Assembly: GCA_041742135.1 (NCBI GenBank)
Contig: JBGSJG010000004.1
Coordinates: 235,773 to 299,772 of the forward strand
Direction of reading: 5' to 3'
Source: Patescibacteria group bacterium
Lineage (GTDB): Bacteria > Patescibacteriota > Microgenomatia > UBA8517
DNA: 64,000 nt
The position numbers were made by a program, and so were the translations under genes. Under the pieces are notes generated by a model. It ran no database searches. It was not told where the DNA came from and worked only from the letters and a program-made list of their open reading frames with translations. Below are positions 1-8,364 of this stretch, piece after piece. Each line of letters begins with the position of its first letter. Positions within the stretch are counted from its first letter, which is position 1.

Positions 1-699
1 GCGGGGTGTACTCAAGTGGAGCGAAGAGCGGCACTGGATGCTGCGCTTGAAGCGGGGGCTGCGCATGCGTATTTGATTGACGAGCCCTTGGCGGCAGCAA
101 TTGGAGCTTCCATTCCTGTTTCGGCTCCGGCGGGGCACATGATTTTAGACATGGGCGGGGGAGCAGCTGAGGCCGCAGTTATCTCTTTGGGTGGAGTAGT
201 CGTTCACAACAGCGTTAGAGTTGCTGGCAATAAAATAGATGAATCTATACAAAACTACATAAAAAAGCATCACAATTTGATTGTTGGCGACCAAACAGCC
301 GAGAGCATTAAAATCAAAATTGGCTCGGCGACTGAGCTTCCCAAAGAAGAAAAGTTGGAAGTTTCTGGGCGAGACTTGGTGTTTGGGCTTCCACGCACAG
401 TAGTTGTTACTTCAACAGATGTGACTGAAGCAATAAGGCCGACCTTAATGCAGATAATTGGCACAGTTAAGTCAGTTTTAGAAGAAACACCGCCAGAGTT
501 GGCCAGTGATATTATTGATAAAGGAATAGTTATGAGCGGGGGAACGTCTCTTTTGCGTAATTTTGACAAGTTGTTGACCGAAGAGACGGGAGTTCCAGCT
601 CATGTTGCTGAAGACGCGCTTTACTGTGTAGTCAAAGGAACAGGTATGGTTTTGGAAAACATAGAGCTTTGGAAGCGTAGTTTGACCACCAAAAGGTGA
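1..699 (+). CDS. mreB: Rod shape-determining actin-like protein MreB/Mbl (5' partial)
   Basis: ERRA..A, IDEPLAAAIGA, DMGGG, GRDL..GLP, TPPELASDI, SGG.SLL motifs; frame open from base 1. Confidence 0.95.
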   Translation, partial: AGCTQVERRAALDAALEAGAAHAYLIDEPLAAAIGASIPVSAPAGHMILDMGGGAAEAAVISLGGVVVHNSVRVAGNKIDESIQNYIKKHHNLIVGDQTAESIKIKIGSATELPKEEKLEVSGRDLVFGLPRTVVVTSTDVTEAIRPTLMQIIGTVKSVLEETPPELASDIIDKGIVMSGGTSLLRNFDKLLTEETGVPAHVAEDALYCVVKGTGMVLENIELWKRSLTTKR

Positions 700-804
700 A
701 CAAAGAAATTGTGGATAGTTTGAGGTTAAGTCTGAAAAAACGAGGCTAGTTATTGAATTATTTTTGTACACAAATTTGCTGTTTTTAACAATTAATTTGT
801 CGAC

Positions 805-865
805 GCTGTGTACTCGAAATTCCTCGAGGCCCCGAAAGGGCAGCCAGAATTTCTGCGTTCACAGC
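805..865. repeat. Structured palindromic element, copy A (intergenic)
   Basis: Nested stems GCTGTG/CACAGC, GAAATTC/GAATTTC, GCCC/GGGC; shares conserved core with 24968-25022. Confidence 0.75.
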
Positions 866-903
866 TTTTCGCCAAAGGCAGGTTATTGATTTGAGCTTAA
901 AAT

Positions 904-1665
904 ATGGTAAAAGCCCTAAAACATCGCAAGGTTCTTGGAGTTAATATTACTGTCAGTCCTAAAAAGGAAGTGCTGGAATATTTATCCTATTGCCTCAAAA
1001 ATCGGGACAAAATATTTATCGTAACCCCCAACCCAGAAATTTTAGTTGAGAGCAGCAAAGATGAGTCCTTCAAAAAAATCTTAAACAAAGCGGATGTTGC
1101 CATTCCTGACGGTGTCGGCTTAGCCCTCGCGGGAGTACGAGGGCGAATATTGGGTAGAGAATTGTTTCAAGACCTTCTCGATTTGGCTGCATCAAAAAAT
1201 CTCAAAGTATATCTTTTGGGAGCAAAAAACGAAGTTAATGCACTGGCTACCAAAAAAGCAGCTAAAATTTATCCAAATATTTTAATAAAGGGGTGCGGGG
1301 ACTTTATGGTGTCAGAAAATGGAGAAATCGTATCGGAAAGTAATATTAAAATATACAAAGATATAATAAGCGATATCAACTCATTTGCGCCTGATCTTCT
1401 GTTTGTGGCTTTTGGAGCTCCGAAACAGGAAAAGTGGATTTATAACAACTTGGAAAAGCTAAACGTTAAGATCGTGATGGCGGTAGGAGGAACATTTGAT
1501 TACTTTGTAGGCAAAATGGCCAAGCCTCCAGATGTAATGGAGAAACTAGGCTTAGAGTGGCTATGGAGGCTGATCCAAGAGCCTAGCCGAGTGGGAAGAA
1601 TATTTAATGCTCTGGTGGTTTTCCCTCTTTTGGTTTTGAGAGCAAGGATTAGTCGACGGGAATGA
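904..1665 (+). CDS. WecB/TagA/CpsF family glycosyltransferase
   Basis: VTPNPE, PDGVG, FVAFGAPKQEKWI, VGGTFD, GLEWLWRLIQEP motifs. Confidence 0.93.
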   Translation: MVKALKHRKVLGVNITVSPKKEVLEYLSYCLKNRDKIFIVTPNPEILVESSKDESFKKILNKADVAIPDGVGLALAGVRGRILGRELFQDLLDLAASKNLKVYLLGAKNEVNALATKKAAKIYPNILIKGCGDFMVSENGEIVSESNIKIYKDIISDINSFAPDLLFVAFGAPKQEKWIYNNLEKLNVKIVMAVGGTFDYFVGKMAKPPDVMEKLGLEWLWRLIQEPSRVGRIFNALVVFPLLVLRARISRRE

Positions 1666-1837
1666 TTGTAGGCCTGCCTTCTTCCATGCAAAGGCAGCTG
1701 TTTGGGGGCCCATATTTGTAACCGCTGGGTGGTAAAGTCTGGCCGTCTGATGTGGTGTCTTTGGCACGAATAATCAGGGAAGAATCTCTACCTTCTTCCA
1801 TCCCCAGATCTCCGCGACCAAATTCATATTCCGGCAT
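1649..1837 (-). CDS. Small hypothetical protein (62 aa)
   Basis: ATG ORF filling the gap downstream of the UbiA-type gene; no recognisable motif. Confidence 0.35.
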   Translation of the reverse strand: MPEYEFGRGDLGMEEGRDSSLIIRAKDTTSDGQTLPPSGYKYGPPNSCLCMEEGRPTIIPVD

Positions 1838-1885
1838 GTTAGTTAAGATAACTGATGTTTCCTATCATTACCTCTCAGAAGCATT

Positions 1886-2725
1886 TTATATTACAAAGAC
1901 ATAGATCACACTCAGAATCAACATCGTGACTTGAAGCGGGTAGTGCGAGGCAACAATCATAACTCCAGAGTTTTTATCTCGATCGGCCAGCTTTGGCTTA
2001 AAAAGACTCATCTGTCCTAGTGTCAGTATCACTCCAACAGGTATAAACCAAAGAGGCAGGAGGCTTGCCAAAAAGGAGTAGACGGCGAAAATCAAGGTTG
2101 TTAACGCGGCTATGTACATCAGCATGGTTGCTAGCCTTTTACCTACAAATATCGAAGTATTGTTGAGTTTGGCATTTTTATCTTCTTTGAAGTCTCGGAC
2201 TTGATTGTAAAGTTGTCCATAGATTGAGCCGATTGTTATGGCTAAAAAAAGGATCAAAGCTTGCCCCAGCCTTCCGGCGGAAACATAATACCCAGCCAGA
2301 AAGAGTAGCCCACCAAGCATTAGGCAGTGGCTTGCTATGTCTACCACTGGCCACGATTTTAGCCGTACCAGCTTCCATGAATACAAAAAGCCAAGAATGA
2401 GCGTGCTTAAACCGATAAGAAAAACTAATTGGCCTAAAAGGTAGTAAAAGAGTAGTGCTCCCGCGAAACTCGCGACTGATAGTCTTTTGGCTAAACGTAT
2501 GTCAATTTTTTTACCGTCGTCTTCGTTGTCTTCCAACTCATTAAAAACAAAAGCAAAACCGACCGCCGCGAGATTTGCCAGCACGATGACGATCAGCTTG
2601 GTAGGGTCGATTTTTCCACCTGAAGCCAATACTCCAAGTGTGTAACCAAACAAAGTAACTGGGACGGTGAAAAAGACGTAATCGCTAAATCTATAAAGCT
2701 TGGCGATTCTGCCAATATCTCTCAT
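1886..2725 (-). CDS. UbiA-family membrane prenyltransferase (possible lycopene elongase CrtEb/Lye)
   Basis: Multi-TM; NELEDNEDD and RDFKED aspartate motifs; YS...RLK.WPVVD; start moved to ATG 2725. Confidence 0.8.
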   Translation of the reverse strand: MRDIGRIAKLYRFSDYVFFTVPVTLFGYTLGVLASGGKIDPTKLIVIVLANLAAVGFAFVFNELEDNEDDGKKIDIRLAKRLSVASFAGALLFYYLLGQLVFLIGLSTLILGFLYSWKLVRLKSWPVVDIASHCLMLGGLLFLAGYYVSAGRLGQALILFLAITIGSIYGQLYNQVRDFKEDKNAKLNNTSIFVGKRLATMLMYIAALTTLIFAVYSFLASLLPLWFIPVGVILTLGQMSLFKPKLADRDKNSGVMIVASHYPLQVTMLILSVIYVFVI

Positions 2726-2775
2726 CTTTCTATGGTACAGATAAGGTCTATGGATTACCAATGCTATACTTGTGC

Positions 2776-3810
2776 GTGAGCCCGACAAGCAAAATTTCTG
2801 AGCGCAAAAAGGATCACCTAAGAATTGCTACTTCAGCGGTCTCCCAAACTGGGGAGAACGGTTTTGATAGTTACCGTTTTACTCATAACGCACTTCCTGA
2901 AATAAATTTTGACGACATCGATTTGTCGACAAGCTTTTTGGGCAAAAAAGTAAACTATCCCTTTTTCATTTCTTGTATGACAGGAGGAGTAGCTCAAGGT
3001 TTAAAAATTAACCGCAACCTAGCCGCAGCAGCCGAAAAATACAACATTACCATGGGAGTGGGTTCTCAGCGCGCAGCAGTCGAGCATACGGAGCTCGCCG
3101 GGCTTTTTATGGCACGCGAGGTAGCGCCTAGTATTCCACTCATCGCAAATGTCGGCTTAGTGCAGCTTAATTACGGCTTTACACATAAAGAATATCAAAA
3201 GTGTGTTGATATGATTAAGGCAGACGCTTTGGCTGTTCACATAAACCCAATCCAAGAAGTTATTCAACCAGAAGGGGACCGCAATTTTTCAGGTTTACTT
3301 CCCAAGCTCTCAAAACTAATTAGTAAAGTGTCAGTTCCAATAATCGCAAAAGAGGTCGGGTTTGGAATTAGTGAGAATGTGGCGCGGCGATTGTATAAGT
3401 CTGGAGTCAGAATAATCGACACTGCCGGCTGGGGAGGCACAAGTTGGGCAGTGGTTGAAGGCCGCCGCCGAGATGGCTATAAAGATTTGGGAGACTTGTT
3501 CGGGAGTTGGGGAATTCCGTCAGCTGAGTCTATCGTTCAGGTCGCGAGCTTGGCAAAGACCAAAAAAGATTTAGTTGTTCTTGGTAGCGGAGGAATTAGG
3601 AATGGAATTGAGATTGCAAAGGCTATATCTCTTGGGGCGGACTTGGTTGGCATTGCTATGCCTTTTGCCCGGGCCGCAATGATCTCGCAAGAAGAAGTGG
3701 AGAAGTTGATTGAGCAATATGCGCTAGAGCTTAAGGCTGTGATGTTTGGAGTGGGGGTAAAAAACATCAAAGAACTAAAAGGTCACAAGTCCCTTTCAAC
3801 CATGTACTGA
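2776..3810 (+). CDS. fni: Type 2 (FMN-dependent) isopentenyl-diphosphate isomerase
   Basis: RK.DH, MTGG, GVGSQR, H.NP.QE..QPEGD, KEVGFG, GGTSW, SGGIRNG; GTG start after TGCTATACT. Confidence 0.96.
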   Translation: MSPTSKISERKKDHLRIATSAVSQTGENGFDSYRFTHNALPEINFDDIDLSTSFLGKKVNYPFFISCMTGGVAQGLKINRNLAAAAEKYNITMGVGSQRAAVEHTELAGLFMAREVAPSIPLIANVGLVQLNYGFTHKEYQKCVDMIKADALAVHINPIQEVIQPEGDRNFSGLLPKLSKLISKVSVPIIAKEVGFGISENVARRLYKSGVRIIDTAGWGGTSWAVVEGRRRDGYKDLGDLFGSWGIPSAESIVQVASLAKTKKDLVVLGSGGIRNGIEIAKAISLGADLVGIAMPFARAAMISQEEVEKLIEQYALELKAVMFGVGVKNIKELKGHKSLSTMY

Positions 3811-4919
3811 GCGATACCATCAAGGTAGTCAATTGCTTCTTTATCCCATTTTTTACTAATCATCTCTGGGATTGCCTTTTGAGCCTTTTTGGCCCATCTA
3901 ACCGAAGTTTTAATTGAGTAATCCAAAGAACCTGTGTCTTGTACTATCTTTCTAGCCTCTTGGGCTTCGGCTTCCGTTAGTTCTCTGTTGCCCCAAATTT
4001 CAAGAAGGCGTTTGTGCTGTTTGCTATCAGCTCGTTTAAGAGCTTCGATGATGAGCAGGGTCATCTTTCCTTGGCGCAAATCAGAGTGGGCCGGCTTGCC
4101 GGTTTTTTCTGGATCCCCGTAAAGTCCCAAAATATCGTCTTGCAGCTGAAACGCTACACCTCCCGGGATTGCATACTTTGAAATAATGTCTAGATCCGCC
4201 TCGCTTGCGTGAGCAAGAACCGCGCCAGTGTGCAATGGGTTTTCGTAAGTGTAAATACTCGTCTTTGCATAATGCAAGTCAACAATGTCTTTTTCGCTAG
4301 CTTTACCATGTGCCTCGAGTGTAACATCGTACGCTTGGCCAAAACCTGTGTTGACAACTCCTCTAAGCATCCGGTTTATGGCGTTAAGTTTCAATTTTTC
4401 AGGAAAACGGCTACGGCCTAATATTTCATACCCTGCAAGTAAAGCAATGTCACCTACGTCAACTGCCATGCTGTGGCCGTAATGCTCGCTACTAAATCGC
4501 CAAGAGTTGTTTTTATGTTGCTTGCTAAAGTGCTCGTGGGTTGTTGGTTTGCCGCGACGGGTGTCATCTTGATCCATGAAGTCATCATGCATCAAAAGAG
4601 CAGTGTGGATCAGCTCAATACTTTTTGCTGCATCCAGAGCAGAAGCCTTGTCTTTTCCTCCGAGCAACTGATACCCGTAATAAATAAATGATCCGCGCAA
4701 GCGCTTTGCTGGTCGCAGATTGTGCTCTTTGATATGCCCCCAAATTTTTTTAGCCAAAAGACGTTCCTTATTGCTTACCCCGAATACATTTTTGATCTCT
4801 GAGTCAAAATATATCTTAAAATCTTCGTCGATAATCTTAACAAAAGAGAGAAGTGTTTCTTTTGCTTTTCGAGCTTTATCACTTTTGGTTTTAACCACCA
4901 CCTGGCTTATGGAACTCAC
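3783..4919 (-). CDS. Polyprenyl diphosphate synthase (GGPP synthase, IdsA/CrtE-like)
   Basis: KRLR, LMHDDFMDQDDTRRG (FARM), GQ..D, FQLQDDILG (SARM), GK..SDL.QGK.T; start uncertain. Confidence 0.93.
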   Translation of the reverse strand: MSSISQVVVKTKSDKARKAKETLLSFVKIIDEDFKIYFDSEIKNVFGVSNKERLLAKKIWGHIKEHNLRPAKRLRGSFIYYGYQLLGGKDKASALDAAKSIELIHTALLMHDDFMDQDDTRRGKPTTHEHFSKQHKNNSWRFSSEHYGHSMAVDVGDIALLAGYEILGRSRFPEKLKLNAINRMLRGVVNTGFGQAYDVTLEAHGKASEKDIVDLHYAKTSIYTYENPLHTGAVLAHASEADLDIISKYAIPGGVAFQLQDDILGLYGDPEKTGKPAHSDLRQGKMTLLIIEALKRADSKQHKRLLEIWGNRELTEAEAQEARKIVQDTGSLDYSIKTSVRWAKKAQKAIPEMISKKWDKEAIDYLDGIAQYMVERDL

Positions 4920-4964
4920 AAGAGTTATATTATAACTAATTCGCTTCATATTATATAAATTCAT

Positions 4965-6434
4965 ATGGGCAAAAACATTGTTGTCATCGGAGCAGGCCTT
5001 TCCGGTCTAAGTGCTGCTGCGTTACTTGCTAAAAAAGGTGATAGTGTAACTGTCCTTGAGAAAAACGGAGAAATAGGCGGTAGGATTGGAATTTGGAGAC
5101 AAAAAGGATTCGTTTTTGACATTGGCCCTTCGTGGTACTTGATGCCGGAAGTGTTTGAAGATTTCTTTTCAAAATTCGGTAAAACGTCTAGTGATTATTT
5201 CAAACTAACAAAGCTTGATCCTTCGTATAGGGCATACTTCGCGAAAGATGATTACTACGATATTCCATCAGACAAAGAAAAAACTGCAAAGCTTTTTGAA
5301 ACCTTTGAAAAAGGTTCCGGACCAAAATTCCTTAGATATCTCTCTGCTTCAGAAAGTTTATACAAAATGGCGATGAAAAATTACATGTACGTAAACAACT
5401 ATCATCTTCGCAATCTCGTGAGTTTGTCTACGATCAAAAACATGCTCGGCTTTCCTTTCTGGCAGAGCATGGAGACTTTTGTCGGCAATAGGTTTTCGTC
5501 AAGTAAGATAAAAAAAATACTTCAGTATAATTTGGTTTTTTTGGGTGGAGCTCCCAAAAACACACCTGCGCTTTATTCCTTAATGGCACATGTTGACTTT
5601 AATCTTGGTGTTTTTTACCCCAAAAGTGGCATGTACGAGCTAGCCCGCGCAATTGCATCAGTTGCTTCGGAGCAAGGTGCAAAAATAAAACTGAGTCATG
5701 AAGTTCTTGGTGTGGTAACAGAAAAGGGCAAGATCAAATCATTGATAACAGATAAAGGCGAAATAAAGGCTGACGTTGTCCTAAACACTTCTGATTATTG
5801 GCACTTTGAGACTAAAGTTTTAGAAAAAAAGGACCGAAGTTATAGCTCGCAATATTGGAAAAAAAGAAAAGTCGCACCTTCAGCATTTGTGATGTGCTTG
5901 GGGGTCTCAAAGAAGCTTCTGAACATCCGCCACCACAGCCTATTCTTTGCCAATAACTGGGACGAGCACTTCGATACAATTTTTGGTTCACCGAAACTAC
6001 CCTCTGAGCCTAGTTTTTATGTATGTGCGCCGTCAGTGACAGACACTACAGTTGCTCCTAAAGGCTATGAAAATTTGTTTTTCTTGGTTCCTTTCGCTCC
6101 GGGGCTTAAACTCACCGAAAAGACCAAGGAGCAGTTTGCCAACAAGATGATCGAGCTGTTCGAAAAATATACGGGCGAGAGCGTGAAGAAGAATGTTGTG
6201 GTTAAGAAAATATTCGCAGTTGACGACTACAGGCGGGAATACAATGCTTTTAAGGGGACTGCTTTTGGCTTGTCGCATACTTTGTTTCAGACTTCGTTTT
6301 TGAGGCCCAATATAAAAAGCAAGAAGCTCTCGAATCTGTATTATGCTGGGCAATACGTCCATCCCGGGATTGGCTTGCCATCAGTTATAATTTCAGCAGA
6401 GATAGCAGCAAATGAGATCCATGCTAAACATTAG
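4965..6434 (+). CDS. crtI: Phytoene desaturase
   Basis: GAGLSGL FAD-binding motif, FDIGPSWYLMP, G.AFGLSHTLFQT..LRP, HPGIGLP. Confidence 0.93.
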   Translation: MGKNIVVIGAGLSGLSAAALLAKKGDSVTVLEKNGEIGGRIGIWRQKGFVFDIGPSWYLMPEVFEDFFSKFGKTSSDYFKLTKLDPSYRAYFAKDDYYDIPSDKEKTAKLFETFEKGSGPKFLRYLSASESLYKMAMKNYMYVNNYHLRNLVSLSTIKNMLGFPFWQSMETFVGNRFSSSKIKKILQYNLVFLGGAPKNTPALYSLMAHVDFNLGVFYPKSGMYELARAIASVASEQGAKIKLSHEVLGVVTEKGKIKSLITDKGEIKADVVLNTSDYWHFETKVLEKKDRSYSSQYWKKRKVAPSAFVMCLGVSKKLLNIRHHSLFFANNWDEHFDTIFGSPKLPSEPSFYVCAPSVTDTTVAPKGYENLFFLVPFAPGLKLTEKTKEQFANKMIELFEKYTGESVKKNVVVKKIFAVDDYRREYNAFKGTAFGLSHTLFQTSFLRPNIKSKKLSNLYYAGQYVHPGIGLPSVIISAEIAANEIHAKH

Positions 6435-7254
6435 AGGCGCAAAAGTTTTTGAGATATTCAGAAAGGGTAGTACAACATACTTTTTTAGCTCGTTGTTCTT
6501 TCCTAACCGCGAAAGATGTGACGTCTTTCGTGTCTACGCGTTTGTGAGGGTAATTGATGACTTTGTTGATCAAAAACCACAAAAGCTGTCAGAGTTAAAA
6601 GATTTTTTACAGCTTTATCACAAGGCTAAAAATGGAACTGTCGTGGGTAACGAGGTAATTGATGAGTTTGTGAAGGTTGTGACGCGAAACAAGATCCCGT
6701 ACGAATGGGTTGACGCTTTTATTGGCTCAATGGAAATGGATATTAAAAAGTCCGTTTATAAAACTATGAAAGAGCTGGAGGATTATATGTACGGCTCGGC
6801 TGAAGTGATTGGCTTGTTTATGGCAAAGATCTTGCGCTTGCCCAAAAAGTCTTACCACAGTGCCCAGATGCTTGGCAAAGCCATGCAGCTAGCAAATTTC
6901 GTTCGAGATATCAGCGAAGACACGTATTTAGGCAGGCAATACTTGCCGCTTGAGATAACTCGTAAATATGGATTAGAAGATCTTTCTAAAAGCGAGGCAA
7001 TGAAAAACAAAAAAGCATTTTCATCAATGGTTCAAGAGTGCGCTCAGGTGTATTTTTCTTGGCTCGCTGAAGCCAAAGTGGGTTTTGATTACATTCCAAG
7101 GCGCAATCTGATACCCATAAAAACTGCCACAGACATGTACAGCTGGACGATGAAACAAATTCAAAAAGATCCGTTTTTGGTGTTTGAAAAAAAGCTTAAG
7201 CCGGGCAAAGCTAGGATTCTCGCCAGCATAGTAAAAAACTTAATCACTACATGA
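6421..7254 (+). CDS. crtB: Phytoene synthase
   Basis: S.TYF, YAFVR..DDFVD, YMYGSAEVIGL, LG.AMQL.NFVRDI.ED..LGRQYLP. Confidence 0.93.
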   Translation: MLNIRGAKVFEIFRKGSTTYFFSSLFFPNRERCDVFRVYAFVRVIDDFVDQKPQKLSELKDFLQLYHKAKNGTVVGNEVIDEFVKVVTRNKIPYEWVDAFIGSMEMDIKKSVYKTMKELEDYMYGSAEVIGLFMAKILRLPKKSYHSAQMLGKAMQLANFVRDISEDTYLGRQYLPLEITRKYGLEDLSKSEAMKNKKAFSSMVQECAQVYFSWLAEAKVGFDYIPRRNLIPIKTATDMYSWTMKQIQKDPFLVFEKKLKPGKARILASIVKNLITT

Positions 7255-7907
7255 GTACTTACGCTACCATCTTGCTAATAATGTTTTTGCCGACTTTTTT
7301 GTTGAGTTTTCTCGCAAGGACCAAATTCGTTCCCAAGTTTATGAGTCGCGCGTCCAATTTGTTGATTCCAATTATCGCTTTTGTGCTCTGGGATATCGCG
7401 TTTACCCAAATTGGTGTGTGGCAGTTTGCCCATAAGCATGTTCACGAGTCACGCTTGATGGGTTTGCCACTTGAGGAGATTTTGTTTTTTCCTGTAGTAG
7501 CATTTTCCATGCTGTTTGTTTACGAGCTACTGCGGCAACGCCTAAAAGGTCAGTTAAATTTTCTAACACAAAGACGGGTTTTCTATTTGTCAGTCTTGTT
7601 CTTTGCAATTGGAATACTTACACACGAACGGCTTTATACCTCAGTTGTTTTATTGGCCGCATCAGGCGTTGTTTTTTGGGCAGGGTATACACAGATAAAA
7701 ATTGTTAGCTCGAAAGCGTTTGTTTTAACTTTACTTGTCAGTTTTGTGCCATTCATGATTTTCAATGGCTTATTGACCTCAATTCCTGTTGTAACTTATG
7801 ACTCGATTTACAATTTAAACTTTAGAATGGGTTCAATCCCAGTTGAAGATTTTGTGTATTCGCTTACGTTTTTAATTTGGATAATGACTGCTTACGAGAA
7901 CCAGTAG
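7251..7907 (+). CDS. Membrane lycopene cyclase (two tandem CrtYc/Yd-type domains)
   Basis: WD...G.W.F, LPLEE.LFF, FNG.LT..P.V.Y, IPVEDF.Y; ATGA overlap with crtB. Confidence 0.88.
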   Translation: MSTYATILLIMFLPTFLLSFLARTKFVPKFMSRASNLLIPIIAFVLWDIAFTQIGVWQFAHKHVHESRLMGLPLEEILFFPVVAFSMLFVYELLRQRLKGQLNFLTQRRVFYLSVLFFAIGILTHERLYTSVVLLAASGVVFWAGYTQIKIVSSKAFVLTLLVSFVPFMIFNGLLTSIPVVTYDSIYNLNFRMGSIPVEDFVYSLTFLIWIMTAYENQ

Positions 7908-8322
7908 GGTTTTTGAAGTAGTGGTTTAAGATTTCTTCGACGCCAGGGATCAGTTTGAGTTTCGATGCCTCCTTGTAACTAAACCAGCCAAAATCGGAGT
8001 GCTCTTGGCTGACTGAAATCTTACTTGGCGCTTCAACCAAATAGACATGGCGTACTACAGAAACAAACTGCGTGAGAATTGGATGATTAAATGAAACGGG
8101 GAACTGGCCGATTTCGGATGTGATCATCGGGCTTTCACCTAATTCTTCTTGCATTTCTCGCTGAAGGCATTCCTTGGGTGATTCTTTCGCTTCTGTTTTT
8201 CCTTCTGGAAATTGCCAATAACCACGGAAAGCTAGCTCATTGCGCTTAAGTAGCAACACTTTGTTATCTGAATTCTTAATTAGAGCAGTAACAACATTTA
8301 CGCTTCGGAGAGGCACTTTCAT
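7864..8322 (-). CDS. NUDIX hydrolase
   Basis: Nudix box GKTEAKESPKECLQREMQEELG; EH..FGW. Confidence 0.88.
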   Translation of the reverse strand: MKVPLRSVNVVTALIKNSDNKVLLLKRNELAFRGYWQFPEGKTEAKESPKECLQREMQEELGESPMITSEIGQFPVSFNHPILTQFVSVVRHVYLVEAPSKISVSQEHSDFGWFSYKEASKLKLIPGVEEILNHYFKNPTGSRKQSLSKLKT

Positions 8323-8364
8323 AGTAAGATTATACAACTCCATGATATAATTTTTCCTAGACCC

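Noticed and set aside
820-850. SRP RNA domain IV resemblance (AGGCCCCGAAAGGGCAGC)
   Set aside because: Lacks the AGCAG internal-loop strand, and the related copy in rnhB has a non-GNRA loop; better explained as a repeat.
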